Positions 43,704 through 54,786 of a stretch of 64,000 nucleotides of DNA are shown one piece after another (the first letter of the stretch is position 1; every line of letters starts with the position of its first letter). Source of the DNA: a virus; IMG/VR virus record IMGVR_UViG_3300037540_000302, positions 3,551 through 67,550 of that record; one strand, given 5' to 3'. Under the pieces are notes generated by a model, which was not told where the DNA came from, did no database searches, and saw only the letters and a list, made by a program, of their open reading frames with translations. The position numbers and the translations under genes are program-made.

Positions 43704-43734
43704 TTTTCTAAATTTTCTAAATTTTCTAAATTTT
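43704..43734. repeat. 9-bp tandem repeat (ttttctaaa) x3 encoding LENLENLEK
   Basis: Seen directly in the sequence. Confidence 0.85.
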
Positions 43735-43801
43735 GCTTTAACTCTTCTGAATCTTGCTCATCTGTATCCTGATATATTTTCCCCGTATCTATATCCATGT
43801 T

Positions 43802-44308
43802 TTATTCCTTTATAACTTTATCTAAAATTAATTTTGATGCATCTTGTATTATTCCAGAAGATGTTTTCATTACACTTAATCCTTCACTATATAATTTTGC
43901 TAATTCCCTATTGCTTTCTTGCACCCCATTGAATGCTTCAATGTTATTCGCAAAGCCACTTTTCATTTCTTTTCTTATGCTCTTTATATCACTCTTTATT
44001 GTTTCAATTTCTCTTGCATGAAGTTTGATTTCATCTGAATTTTTAGTTACTTTACTTTTCAGCTTTAATAATTCTCCATTTTGATCATAATTCTTATCTT
44101 TCATGCTGAGATGTTTTTCTTCATCCCGATCTCGAATGGCATCAAATTTACCTCTAAATTCTTTATTTGTTTCTTTTTGTTCTCTTTCATGTTTGTCAAG
44201 TCTTTTATTAAAGTTTTTGAAAAAAGATTTTGCAAAAAAAATAAAGATAGCAGATGCTACAGCAACTATTACTGGCGGCAATGCTATCTTTATTATTTCA
44301 ATAATCAT
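43802..44308 (-). CDS. Holin/antiholin-like protein (1 TM plus coiled coil)
   Basis: N-terminal TM, charged heptads, lysis-region position. Confidence 0.45.
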   Translation of the reverse strand: MIIEIIKIALPPVIVAVASAIFIFFAKSFFKNFNKRLDKHEREQKETNKEFRGKFDAIRDRDEEKHLSMKDKNYDQNGELLKLKSKVTKNSDEIKLHAREIETIKSDIKSIRKEMKSGFANNIEAFNGVQESNRELAKLYSEGLSVMKTSSGIIQDASKLILDKVIKE

Positions 44309-44532
44309 TTACTTCTTACCGTTTTCTTTTTAATATTGAAATTGGTTGTATTTAAGCCTTTATAGATGGCATATATGCCGCCGCAAAATCCACTTGCAAC
44401 TGGAAAGCTTACAGACTTTGTAAAGAATGCCACCACTCCAAATAGTATCAAGGATCCCGTGAATATAGTTTCAACTTTCCAAATTATACTTTGGTTTTTC
44501 CAGGTTTTTTTATTGAGTTCATCTTGTTCCAT
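44305..44532 (-). CDS. Holin-like 2-TM protein
   Basis: 75 aa, two hydrophobic segments, basic C-terminus. Confidence 0.5.
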   Translation of the reverse strand: MEQDELNKKTWKNQSIIWKVETIFTGSLILFGVVAFFTKSVSFPVASGFCGGIYAIYKGLNTTNFNIKKKTVRSK

Positions 44533-45005
44533 TACAATCTCCCTTCAATTAATTTATATTTCTTATAGATTGAAAATTTTTTTGAATAAATTAGATAATA
44601 AATCTTTTTAATCCATGACAGCTTTTTATTCCCTATAAATTCAGTCCATTCACGATTTATAATTTCTGTATATTCTCTGTCTAAATCGTATAATGGCGAT
44701 TCACTTTTGCTATTTTTGAAATATTTAGTTATTTCATTTATAGATTTGAAACCTAATTTTCTAAAATAATCAATATATTCTTGTTTCATTTATTTTTTTT
44801 AATCTCGCCATTGCCAATTAAAATAAATTACAAGAATTAACCATATCAGCAATAAGAACCAGTATTTGCCCAAGATGGCTAAAATTATAATTGTTATCGC
44901 AATAAAAACAATAGTCAGAATTATAATAGTTATAAGCCTTAATAATATTTTTGCTGCAATCCACAGCCATATTGTTTTAAAAAAGTTTTTCATATTTATC
45001 TCCTT

Positions 45006-45407
45006 TTAAAATCTTATTGACATTATAATTTTTAACATTTGCTTCAATTTATTACTCAATATATCTATTTTGCTCTCAATCCTTGCCAGTTGATATTCCG
45101 AAGGGTGCATATTGAGTGCGGCAGTCGGGAACATGGCCATTCCCGTGACTTGACCTTTTACAGTAAACAATTTTATCATATACCATCCCCTCTCACCGCT
45201 CGGTGTAAATGGTAAATCAGGATTATAAGCCGGGACTGGGTTAGGGATCCAACATAGCCAATATCCATTTATATCGGGGCTAACTCCAGGAATATCATAA
45301 ACTTCTGAATTTTCAGGTAAGTTATTTAATACCAATTCCTGGGTAACCTGCCCAAAGCATAGGCTTCCTATCATAATGATTATTAAAAATAAAATTGTTT
45401 TTTTCAT
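45006..45407 (-). CDS. Secreted hypothetical protein
   Basis: Signal peptide MKKTILFLIIIMIGSLCFG-Q. Confidence 0.55.
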   Translation of the reverse strand: MKKTILFLIIIMIGSLCFGQVTQELVLNNLPENSEVYDIPGVSPDINGYWLCWIPNPVPAYNPDLPFTPSGERGWYMIKLFTVKGQVTGMAMFPTAALNMHPSEYQLARIESKIDILSNKLKQMLKIIMSIRF

Positions 45408-45604
45408 ATTGTCTCCTTTATTTGTTTATTTATAAATATTTGATATTCCCTATCATTATCAGAATTTTCTTTAATCATTCTGTTAATTTCATCTGCCATA
45501 GATGGTGCTGGCGGATCATTTTCTTCTTTGATAAGCTTTAAATAATTAAGATAACGTCTATTTTCTGCTTTCAAATCGAAAGTTGTCATTCTTTTCATAC
45601 CCAT

Positions 45605-45633
45605 ATATTAATATATATTTATTTATATGTCAA
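45605..45633 (-). promoter_or_regulatory. sigma70-type leaderless promoter (ATG 45598) upstream of the lysis-region genes
   Basis: TTGACA-N17-TAATAT-N6-ATG. Confidence 0.65.
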
Positions 45634-45653
45634 CTTTTTAATTATTATACTAA

Positions 45654-47117
45654 TTAATCTGTCCATAAAATAGCTACATCAAACGTAATACCCAAATTGT
45701 CATCAAGATTTATTGTGCGTACCAATAGTCCGTCATTAGCTTTCAATTCTCTACTATTTTGAAAACGATCTGTAATGAAATCCCTTGAACTTCCTGCACT
45801 ATAATTAAATTCAGATGGATGCATTTCGTCAATTGTTGATCTAAAAATTAAATACATTACTTCCGTACCGGGATCATTTGTTGTATGGTCCCATCTTAAT
45901 CCTGTTCTACCGGAAGCAACTGTTTCCCTGGCTATGGTTATAACATTTGTAGCAATATTTGTAATTTTTACTATTTCTCCATCTGTTTTATAATCACTAT
46001 AAACCCAGATTAAATCATCTACTAAAAATATAGAACCATCAACTACTGTTAATATTGTCTCACCTTCATCCCAATCATTACCACCACTTTTAGCTGATTT
46101 TATAGTATTATTTATTCGATAGATATTGCCCTGTGCATTTTTATTAGTTGTATTCGCAAAGATATTTATCCCAACAAGAGACCAGATATTCGTTATGGTT
46201 ATTGGAGTAATTAATATTTTTGGTTCACCAAAATAATATTGATCATCCCTACCCCCACTATCAGTTTCATCTTTTGCTAAATTATCAATGGTTATGGGTG
46301 CAGCGGCAGCACCTTCGCCATCACATTGCGGCCATACTTCTTCATGAAATTCTACAGGCAATGTATCTACAAAATTAACCCACTGCGTACCTGTTCCCAA
46401 ATCTATTCTTTTCCCATCTCCTCCACCACTACTTGAATTTTTTATGGTATTAAATTCACATCCAATCGAAATTTCATAACCCGCCTGGGCATTCCCAATT
46501 GAAAAACAATTATTAATTGAGATGTTATCTGCACTGGAGGCTGAAAGATAAAATCCTCTCGTATTGCCGCCTACGCCAAATGCACCACTATCTATTATTA
46601 TTGCAAATTGAGATGAAAAATCATACCCGGTGGAAGTGTATCCAACAGCATGGCTCCTTTGAATAAAAATGTAAGATCCATTTACATCAAATGATGTAAT
46701 TGGGGTACCCACAACTGGACAAAGATCAACCACGCAATAATTACCATTTATAACTAATCCTTGATTAATAGTAGGAGAAATAACTATGCTTTGTAAATCC
46801 GCCCCATCACCATTTAATGTTATAGTGCCAATAATCGTAGTAGCAATTTCGCCATATAGTTTAAGATAATCTAAATTCACGCTAACGTTTTCAGTATATA
46901 TCCCGCCTTTTATTTTTATAGTATCACCTGCCGAACTAGCTGCCATGGCAGCTCCAATTGTTAAAAATGGATTATCAGGTATTTTCCCATCATTTGAGTC
47001 ATTGCCATCAGTTGCCACATAATGTATTATGCCGCTTGATTGACTTCCATAACCTGGACTAATACCGGACCAGCCCGCTCTTGATTCATATGTTTTTTGT
47101 GATCCTTTTGATCCCAT
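45654..47117 (-). CDS. Tail spike / receptor-binding protein with right-handed beta-helix (pectin lyase-like)
   Basis: YVATDGNDSNDG....PFLTI.AAM.A...GDTI.I.GG.Y.E followed by beta-helix-like repeats. Confidence 0.75.
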   Translation of the reverse strand: MGSKGSQKTYESRAGWSGISPGYGSQSSGIIHYVATDGNDSNDGKIPDNPFLTIGAAMAASSAGDTIKIKGGIYTENVSVNLDYLKLYGEIATTIIGTITLNGDGADLQSIVISPTINQGLVINGNYCVVDLCPVVGTPITSFDVNGSYIFIQRSHAVGYTSTGYDFSSQFAIIIDSGAFGVGGNTRGFYLSASSADNISINNCFSIGNAQAGYEISIGCEFNTIKNSSSGGGDGKRIDLGTGTQWVNFVDTLPVEFHEEVWPQCDGEGAAAAPITIDNLAKDETDSGGRDDQYYFGEPKILITPITITNIWSLVGINIFANTTNKNAQGNIYRINNTIKSAKSGGNDWDEGETILTVVDGSIFLVDDLIWVYSDYKTDGEIVKITNIATNVITIARETVASGRTGLRWDHTTNDPGTEVMYLIFRSTIDEMHPSEFNYSAGSSRDFITDRFQNSRELKANDGLLVRTINLDDNLGITFDVAILWTD

Positions 47118-47130
47118 GTTTTCCTCCTAC

Positions 47131-47502
47131 TTATGCTTTTGAATCTATTGTTACCGCCAAATCGACAACGGCATCGTCTGTGCCAGTAATAGAAATTTCA
47201 AAGATAATAGCCGTATCAGATTTGCTACAACCTACGACAACGGTTTCACCATCTCCACTCGTATCTGTCGTAAATATAGCAATCCATCTAGTCACATTGC
47301 CACTGCCATCAACAGTATCAATATAAATCTTTTTTGTTTCATCAGTATGCGGTACTCTCAATGCTCTTATAGTCAGATTTGTTGAATTATTTTGCGTATA
47401 ATTTACAGCTAAATTTATAGACTCAACTCCAAAAGTTGAAATTTGCCATTGATTAGAACCTAGATCTGTAAGCGATCCGTCATTACTTGTTATTGTGCTC
47501 AT
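47131..47502 (-). CDS. Putative minor tail protein
   Basis: Beta-rich composition, between tail genes. Confidence 0.45.
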   Translation of the reverse strand: MSTITSNDGSLTDLGSNQWQISTFGVESINLAVNYTQNNSTNLTIRALRVPHTDETKKIYIDTVDGSGNVTRWIAIFTTDTSGDGETVVVGCSKSDTAIIFEISITGTDDAVVDLAVTIDSKA

Positions 47503-47527
47503 TTTTACTACCTCCTAATTTATTTTT

Positions 47528-50314
47528 TTATTCAAAATCTATCCAATATTTTTGAAAAAAATTACTCATTAATCCATAAGGCATTACATTTAGAGTATCA
47601 GTTAGCCCTACATTTGGATTCAATTCAAACCAACCGGTTTGCCTATCTTCATTCAAAATACCGTTCGCAGCAAAATATAAATCCTGAATATTACCATCTA
47701 AATAGTCACCACTATTCCCATTATTGCCAACTGTTATTTCTGCACCTATTGAATAGGCAAGGGAAGTTGAATCATAATCCTCCTGAATTCCATCAATATA
47801 TAAGCCTTTATCATCTCCACTATTGCGATAAAATAAAATATGATGCCAATTGCCATCTGCGACTGTTGATGTTGAGGTCATTGTCAATCTTATAATATTA
47901 CTTTCTTCTAATATTATTCTAATTGTATCATCGGTTCTCTTAAATAGATACCAATAGTTTTGAGCATCATCATAAGAACTCACTATTCTTTCCCTATTAC
48001 TACTACTATTAAATCTTACCCAAACAGAAACCTGCACGCTTGGTATATCAAGGCTCCCTATATTTTCAAATATATGAAAATCTCCCACGCGAACATTATG
48101 ATTAAATGTTAAATCAGATGAAGAACCATTAAAGGCAATTGAAGATTTACCAAAAAGTGGATAACTATTATCATGAGTTACATCTGTTGAGGCAAACCAG
48201 CAAAAAGAATTTGCTCCTCTGTCAAGAAATTCCTTCGATCCGCTTTCGTCATCTGATTGTAACAATACGGTACATTCCGTATCAATTTCTTCAATATGTG
48301 AAATGTCAACAAAATCAACCATAGCGGTACCCCCTGGAAATTCCATATTGATACGTCTAATTTGCATTAAATGAAAATCATCATCTTTGAAATTATCATG
48401 TTTAAACTTCCAGATATGCAATGGGGTAAGAATGTCAATTAATTTTTGAGTGTCATTTATTTGTAATGATAATGGCATTACCCTAAAGGATACACTTTTT
48501 TGAGTATTGAATTTTTCTAACATCCATAGCTCTGCCGTTTGGAATGCCATTCTATTAGAAAATGTAACATTAACGGGAAATAGAGGACATTCAATCTTTT
48601 CGTTCCTGATTGTATTCCATCTTTTTTGACTTTCATAATTATTGAATTGATAATTTTTTTTATTGCCACCATCTGTATATCCCCATTCTGCATTAATCTG
48701 GTTTGTTAATTCTTGATATTCCTCTTTATCTTCAAATGGAATGAATGCACTACTAATGCCTGGCTGCAATTCAGTTCTATCAGAATCAAGATATATACTA
48801 ACGAAATCAAAGATACGGAATAATATTTTTCTATTGGAAGTTATATAATATGACAAATCAAATGTTTCGCAAATTTTACTTTTTAAAATTTCAATTCCGG
48901 TTATATCACTATCAACAACAAAATGTGGGTCTGTATGGTTTTGCGCTCCTGGAATATCAGCATTATAATGCCTATTAGACCAGCCCAATTCTCCCGTTAT
49001 ATCAGTAATGTCAAATTCAAATTTATCAAAAAGTATTTCTCCAATTTCTTCAATCAAAGTCTCTGCGCTTATGTTGGGATATTTAAACTGTACTTTCAAA
49101 TATTCTACATCCGCTATTGAATAATGCAAATCAACATAATGATATTCATCTGTTGCTGTAGGAACAATTAATGTACAGCTTGTAGTTCTGTCTACATCAT
49201 TTGAATCAACAACATACTGGAAATCTTTTGTTCCACTCCAAACTATTATATTTTGCACAGATTTGCCGATTATATATCTACCATCTGTAGTACCAGCAGT
49301 ATCTTTTGTTCTCCATGCTACAATATAATCTTTTTTGCCTGCTGCGCTTGCCCCTGATACTTGAAATTGACCGGAAAAATGCGGTATAGACTGACCGACA
49401 CTACTCTCGGGCGCATCTGGAAATCTGTCATTTGTTATCTTAGGAACTAAAGAATTGTTTTGTAATTCTGCATATCCATCCCCTAATGAGAAAGCAATTT
49501 CAAGCGGACTATAATTTATATCTGTTATTACATAATCTGATATTTTTGTTCCATCATCTCTTCTTGCTATAGCTCCATTGCCTATTATTCTTTGTGTTCC
49601 AAAATTGTCTAAAATGCTCCTGTAATATTTATCAGGATCGGCAATAGTTATTGATACCCCTGATGTTTCATATTCTCCTTTATAGGCTGCATTTGTTGAA
49701 ATATTAATTGAACTATTATTTATAATTCCAATATATTGAGCAGAATTATAGCTTACTGTTTTCCTGGCACAGAATAATGTATCTCTTCTGAACTCTATAT
49801 CGTCAATTATAATATAAGCAGACGTAATAGTTGATCCAGTTCCTGCAGAAAAAAAATAACTTGAATAATCTGCATGTGTTATAAATTTTATTTCAATATA
49901 TGTCCATGTCGTACATATTGGTAAATTTATATCATTATATCCTGCTGACATTATAAAATTATCTTGTAAAAAAACTGTAGCGGTTGTATCATTAAGCGTA
50001 AACCTAAACTCTTTTCCCGCAATCTCGCTTTCATATTTATACCAGATTTTTAAATAATACCATGTTTTTTTTAGCAAAGTACGCGATTGTCTTATTCTAG
50101 CTGTCCCGGGAGTTGCATCATAAGTAAACTTAGCAGCAGAACTGCCAGAGGTCAATGGAGCTAAATCACTTACTTCTTGCGTTACCGTTGAAGCTCCAGT
50201 CGTTATAATTGTCCAATTATCAAGATTTGGTCCAGTCCAGTTTTCAAAATCTCCATTCAAAAGCATCTCAACTGACCTATCAGAAAATTGTAATTGAAAT
50301 ATAACGTCACTCAT
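47528..50314 (-). CDS. Tail tip protein with N-terminal carbohydrate-binding-like and C-terminal LamG domains
   Basis: LLNGDFENW; FNGSSS.L, VSVWVRF, VADGNWHHI, LYIDG, YLDGNIQD. Confidence 0.8.
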   Translation of the reverse strand: MSDVIFQLQFSDRSVEMLLNGDFENWTGPNLDNWTIITTGASTVTQEVSDLAPLTSGSSAAKFTYDATPGTARIRQSRTLLKKTWYYLKIWYKYESEIAGKEFRFTLNDTTATVFLQDNFIMSAGYNDINLPICTTWTYIEIKFITHADYSSYFFSAGTGSTITSAYIIIDDIEFRRDTLFCARKTVSYNSAQYIGIINNSSINISTNAAYKGEYETSGVSITIADPDKYYRSILDNFGTQRIIGNGAIARRDDGTKISDYVITDINYSPLEIAFSLGDGYAELQNNSLVPKITNDRFPDAPESSVGQSIPHFSGQFQVSGASAAGKKDYIVAWRTKDTAGTTDGRYIIGKSVQNIIVWSGTKDFQYVVDSNDVDRTTSCTLIVPTATDEYHYVDLHYSIADVEYLKVQFKYPNISAETLIEEIGEILFDKFEFDITDITGELGWSNRHYNADIPGAQNHTDPHFVVDSDITGIEILKSKICETFDLSYYITSNRKILFRIFDFVSIYLDSDRTELQPGISSAFIPFEDKEEYQELTNQINAEWGYTDGGNKKNYQFNNYESQKRWNTIRNEKIECPLFPVNVTFSNRMAFQTAELWMLEKFNTQKSVSFRVMPLSLQINDTQKLIDILTPLHIWKFKHDNFKDDDFHLMQIRRINMEFPGGTAMVDFVDISHIEEIDTECTVLLQSDDESGSKEFLDRGANSFCWFASTDVTHDNSYPLFGKSSIAFNGSSSDLTFNHNVRVGDFHIFENIGSLDIPSVQVSVWVRFNSSSNRERIVSSYDDAQNYWYLFKRTDDTIRIILEESNIIRLTMTSTSTVADGNWHHILFYRNSGDDKGLYIDGIQEDYDSTSLAYSIGAEITVGNNGNSGDYLDGNIQDLYFAANGILNEDRQTGWFELNPNVGLTDTLNVMPYGLMSNFFQKYWIDFE

Positions 50315-51027
50315 TATCTTTTTTCCCTGAAACTTAAAGTGCAATTATAATTTTCACAACGATTTGTAGTTAATGTTGATATATCAATAATCCCATAAAA
50401 TGCCTCTTGCAATTGATCATCCCAAAGCACACAATCTTCTAATTCTCCATACGTTTGATCGAATAAATCAGCCTGCGCTTGTAATATATTAAGAAATGTC
50501 CATCTTCTTATATTGGCACGGTAAAGGAATTTTCTATAAATCTGACCTGCGCGCCCCCTTCTTATTTCAAATACTTTTTCACTTCCCATTTCTCGATCAA
50601 TTTGATTATTTTTCGTAAATGCATCCCTATCCTGATAAAGTTCAAATTTCCCAAATTCAGTATAACTTCCGCTTGCCTTTGTAACTTTCATTAAAAAATA
50701 TCTATATGTTTGATTAAGTTCAAGATATGATTTTGTATCTTTTGTAAGGGCTGTGGGACCCCAATCTGTTGCTGCTACTGTAGTGCCTGCTTGAATTGTA
50801 AATGTAGTATCCCCTGATTCTATGTTAGAACCATCAATAAAAACAGTTTTTATTGTTTTTGCAGCTCCATGATCTATCAATAACGATTCAGTTGTTATGC
50901 TTGTAGTGCGCCACTTGTTGGCCTGGCTATCATCATAAACAAATTCCTTTTCATAAGAATCTGCTTTGGAACTTGCAGTTAGCGTTGCATCTGCAACCGT
51001 TCCGTTATATGATATTTCGGCAGTCAT
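50314..51027 (-). CDS. Distal tail protein (discoidin-like fold)
   Basis: LTASS..., WRT, LLIDHGAAK, TYRYF; follows the tape measure gene. Confidence 0.6.
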   Translation of the reverse strand: MTAEISYNGTVADATLTASSKADSYEKEFVYDDSQANKWRTTSITTESLLIDHGAAKTIKTVFIDGSNIESGDTTFTIQAGTTVAATDWGPTALTKDTKSYLELNQTYRYFLMKVTKASGSYTEFGKFELYQDRDAFTKNNQIDREMGSEKVFEIRRGRAGQIYRKFLYRANIRRWTFLNILQAQADLFDQTYGELEDCVLWDDQLQEAFYGIIDISTLTTNRCENYNCTLSFREKR

Positions 51028-54000
51028 TAATCTGTAGCCTCTCTTATAGATTTAATTACACCTAGTCTATTATCTTTTATAGCCTCTTTGATTTTCCAGG
51101 CTACTTCATCAACTGAATCAGTTTTATCAACTGCCATGGTGATATTTAAATTTAATTCTGAATTGCTACTTGTCCGATTGTTAGAATTATCATGTTCAAC
51201 AAAAATTCTTTCACCTGAACTTGCTGCAAACAAAAAACTATCATTAGGATTTCCCGGTGGCACCTTAAGCCCTCCTGGTGGAGTTTCATGTTGAAATCCT
51301 GGTATTTGTGGCTGAATATTCAATCCTAAATTAGTTTTGCCTAATTTATTTAAATTTCCCAAAGCCGATTTTACCAATCCCGCAACGCTTTCTTTACCAT
51401 CTTCTGACATAAGCTTAAAACTTTCAGCCATATCTTGTGCGGTCTGATTGGCTTCATCTGCAAGATTATTCAAATTATCAACTGTTTTATCTGATAAATC
51501 TTTAATATCACCATCTATGCTTTCCGTTGCGGCGTCCATGCTGCTCGCCATTGTTTTTGCAGTATTTTGTGATGTATCTCCAACCTTTTCAATTTCACTA
51601 TTCATTTCCTCTAAGCCTTTCGTTGCTTCATCTGTACTGGTTATTGCTGCCTGGCCTAATTTTTCAAGCTCATCTTCATTTCCACCCAATTGTACAAATA
51701 TCTTTCCAAGTATATCGGCTACTCGATCGAGCGGATCCGCCATTGCATCAAAGATGCCCGCTTCTTCACCCTGGGCAATAAGCTTCTTAGTATTTTCATC
51801 AAGTTCAAGTCCATATTTTTCACTTTGCTCTTTAAGCGTTTTTAAAGATGGCCCCAAAAGCGTTAACGCTTCTCCTGCTGAAAATCCCTGCTCGATTAAT
51901 TTATCAAATTTTGAAGTAGCAGAACTTGCAAAGGCATCAAAGCTTTCTTGATTTAGTGGCCCTAATGCTGCCGTGGCTTCTAATACTGCATTTAATCCCT
52001 CCACAGACTCAACCAATTCCTTATTATCATCAATGAGAGTTTTAAATCGTTTCAAAGTTTCAAAGGTTTCATCACCTTCCACTCCTAAAGCTTCCTGATT
52101 TGCAATTAATTTATCAAAAGCCCCACCCATCTGGCTTAACGTCTCTGTAATCGAAAGTCCCGATTTCAACATATTGGCAAAAGTATTGAGTGTAATTGTT
52201 ACTCTATTATTGAATTCATCAACATTATCAGTCGGGACTTGCAAAAATTTTTCTAAATCTGGAATTATATCCCTGATTGGTTCAAACCATTGGCTTGTTG
52301 ATTTTGCCATTTCTTCTGCTGTCTTATCAGCTTCATCTTGTAATTTTTTAAATGCATCCTCCGCATCTAACAAATCTGAAATGTCCCATGATTTTGCCAT
52401 ATCTTCTAATTTTTTTGTAAGCTCATCTATTTCCTTTTGGCCTGTTATGCCAAATTTTCTTAATGCTTCAGCAGCAAGTTCTATCCCACCGGTCAGACCG
52501 TCCTTTCCAAATAAATCAGTTAAAGTATTTAGCCCACTTGTTAAAGCTCCCAATACATTACCGGACGCCACATTTGCGATTACATCTCCAAAGCCAGCAA
52601 ATGCAGTCGCTAAAGTATCAGGAACAAAAGATAATCCTGCAAGAGAACGCAAAGCATTTATTACAAAATTGAGATTTTTTTCAAGTCCCAATAATTCTTT
52701 TGCTAATTTTTTAGCTTTTTCCGCTGCTTCATCTGCTGCTTCGCTTTCCTCTTCGAGAGCCTTCCTGCCTTCTATTAAAGCAGTATTAACACTTTCTAAT
52801 CCTGGGACTAAATCAATTTCTTCACGGAAATTTCTATTTACAAGTTCCTGTGCTTCTGGCATCTCTTCAAAAATATCTTTTGTTTTCTTAAGGTTTTCTT
52901 TTCTTTCTTCCTCAATTTTAACCAATATTGGATATAATTTCGTAGCTTCTTCTAATGATATATTTAATGATTCTTGAATCTCTGCTATTTTAGCAAGTTC
53001 AGGCTTTTGAGCTTGCAGAATTGCCGTTGCCGACGCAAGCCCAACTCCATATTGCTTTGCTATTTTTTCAATTTCTGTTAATTCTTTGGCATTATCTTCT
53101 AAGCCTTTAGTATTTTTGTCTAATTCATCCGTTGCTTTTTTTTGTGTATCAATTTGGCCTCTTAATATTTTACGTGCCTTTTCAATTACAGATGCATTGA
53201 CACCATGCTGCTCTGCATTTTTAACTAATTCATGAAGTTGATTAACAAGTAGATCATTTCTTTCTGCTGTTATATTATTTAATTCTTTTGTGGCTTTTGT
53301 AAGATTTGCTTGTGCCTCTGTGTGCCCGAATATTCCCACTTCTGCCTTTGATAATATATCTTCTTGCTTTTCAATCTCTTCTCTCAATTTCTTTTGGCTT
53401 TCTCTTAACTCATCTATCCTTTGTGTGCTTTCCATTGTAGCTATTATTTTATTATATTCTTCAAATCCTAAACCCGCCTGCCTTAATGCAGAAAATATTT
53501 TATCAAAATCTGATTCCCATTGGTCTGCTTGACTTGAAAATCTTTCTTGGGCTTTGCCTGCTTGATCTACAAGTCCGGATATTGATGCAATAGTTGCTAC
53601 TATATTTGAAACAAATTTTGCAAGTAGGCTTGTAATGTTTGCTATAGCATCAATGAATGCTTTATTTTCAAAGGCTTCTTTCAATCCCTTTAGTGCGTCA
53701 TCAAATTGGGTACTTTGCAAAGTTGAATCTACAATTCTTTGGGTAAATACTGTAAAAGCCTGTTTCGTTTGTTCTAATGAGAAACCGGCTTTATTAACAC
53801 CGTCTGTGACTTCTCTAAGTGCTTCATCAGTTGCACCGGTAGATACTTTTATTTTTTCAAATTTTTCATTAAATACGTCTGCCTGTCCGCCCGTAAGTGC
53901 AAATACCGCTGTCAATGCTTCTGCTCTTCTGAAAAGTTTTCCTATCGATTCGCTGGTTCCATCTGTATTTTCTACTAACATGCGCATAGAGCCAATCAAT

Positions 54001-54785
54001 CCCTCTTGCTCAATCATTTGCTCTGCTGTTTCAAATCCCAACTCCTTAATGGCTGCTCTCATTCCTTCTGTAGGCTTAATCATAGCTCTTAAAATACCAC
54101 TCAATTGGGTTGATACTTCGGCAGCATTCCCGGTAACACCTGTTAGTGTAGCAAAACCAGCAAATAATTCCTCTTGTTTTACATTCATGGCTGCGGCTAC
54201 AGGTACAACTTTCCCAATACTTGCAGCCAGTGCAGGGAAATCAGTTTGGCCTAATTTGACTGTCATAAAGGCTAAATCACTTGCTTTTTGGAAAGCTTGA
54301 TCTGAGGTATCCCCATATCCTTTTGTTACCGCACTCAATAAAGATAAGCTTGCAGATGTTTCGGCATTGCCAGCGGCAGCAGCCTTTGCAGTTAATTCAA
54401 GTTTTTTGCTTGCAGCAGCTTGTGCACCAAAAGCAGAAACAACAAGAAAGGAACCTTTCGCCATATCAATTGTTGATTTTCCATATCTTATCGCTAAATC
54501 TTGAACATTTGCTTTTAATTCATTTACTTCTTTATCAAGATTGGGCATCATGGTTGCTGTCAGAGCAATTTCTTTATTAAAATCTATAGTTTTTTTAATA
54601 GCCAATGCTATACCAGCAGCAACAAAGGCACGACGCATTGTTTTAGCAAAGCCGCTCATGGATTTATTGGTTTTTTTCACTCCCTTATCAAGCTTATCCA
54701 TTTTAGAATCCATGACAGTTATATTTTTTACAGCCCCTTTATTATCAACCGTAATTACAAACTTTAATTCCCCTGCCGTTGCCAT
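51027..54785 (-). CDS. Tail tape measure protein (TP901-type core)
   Basis: 1252 aa, Ala/Glu/Lys-rich; SDLAF.TVKLGQTDF..LA.SIG.V.PVA, A.EVSTQL...L....KPT. Confidence 0.95.
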   Translation of the reverse strand: MATAGELKFVITVDNKGAVKNITVMDSKMDKLDKGVKKTNKSMSGFAKTMRRAFVAAGIALAIKKTIDFNKEIALTATMMPNLDKEVNELKANVQDLAIRYGKSTIDMAKGSFLVVSAFGAQAAASKKLELTAKAAAAGNAETSASLSLLSAVTKGYGDTSDQAFQKASDLAFMTVKLGQTDFPALAASIGKVVPVAAAMNVKQEELFAGFATLTGVTGNAAEVSTQLSGILRAMIKPTEGMRAAIKELGFETAEQMIEQEGLIGSMRMLVENTDGTSESIGKLFRRAEALTAVFALTGGQADVFNEKFEKIKVSTGATDEALREVTDGVNKAGFSLEQTKQAFTVFTQRIVDSTLQSTQFDDALKGLKEAFENKAFIDAIANITSLLAKFVSNIVATIASISGLVDQAGKAQERFSSQADQWESDFDKIFSALRQAGLGFEEYNKIIATMESTQRIDELRESQKKLREEIEKQEDILSKAEVGIFGHTEAQANLTKATKELNNITAERNDLLVNQLHELVKNAEQHGVNASVIEKARKILRGQIDTQKKATDELDKNTKGLEDNAKELTEIEKIAKQYGVGLASATAILQAQKPELAKIAEIQESLNISLEEATKLYPILVKIEEERKENLKKTKDIFEEMPEAQELVNRNFREEIDLVPGLESVNTALIEGRKALEEESEAADEAAEKAKKLAKELLGLEKNLNFVINALRSLAGLSFVPDTLATAFAGFGDVIANVASGNVLGALTSGLNTLTDLFGKDGLTGGIELAAEALRKFGITGQKEIDELTKKLEDMAKSWDISDLLDAEDAFKKLQDEADKTAEEMAKSTSQWFEPIRDIIPDLEKFLQVPTDNVDEFNNRVTITLNTFANMLKSGLSITETLSQMGGAFDKLIANQEALGVEGDETFETLKRFKTLIDDNKELVESVEGLNAVLEATAALGPLNQESFDAFASSATSKFDKLIEQGFSAGEALTLLGPSLKTLKEQSEKYGLELDENTKKLIAQGEEAGIFDAMADPLDRVADILGKIFVQLGGNEDELEKLGQAAITSTDEATKGLEEMNSEIEKVGDTSQNTAKTMASSMDAATESIDGDIKDLSDKTVDNLNNLADEANQTAQDMAESFKLMSEDGKESVAGLVKSALGNLNKLGKTNLGLNIQPQIPGFQHETPPGGLKVPPGNPNDSFLFAASSGERIFVEHDNSNNRTSSNSELNLNITMAVDKTDSVDEVAWKIKEAIKDNRLGVIKSIREATD

Positions 54786-54786
54786 C

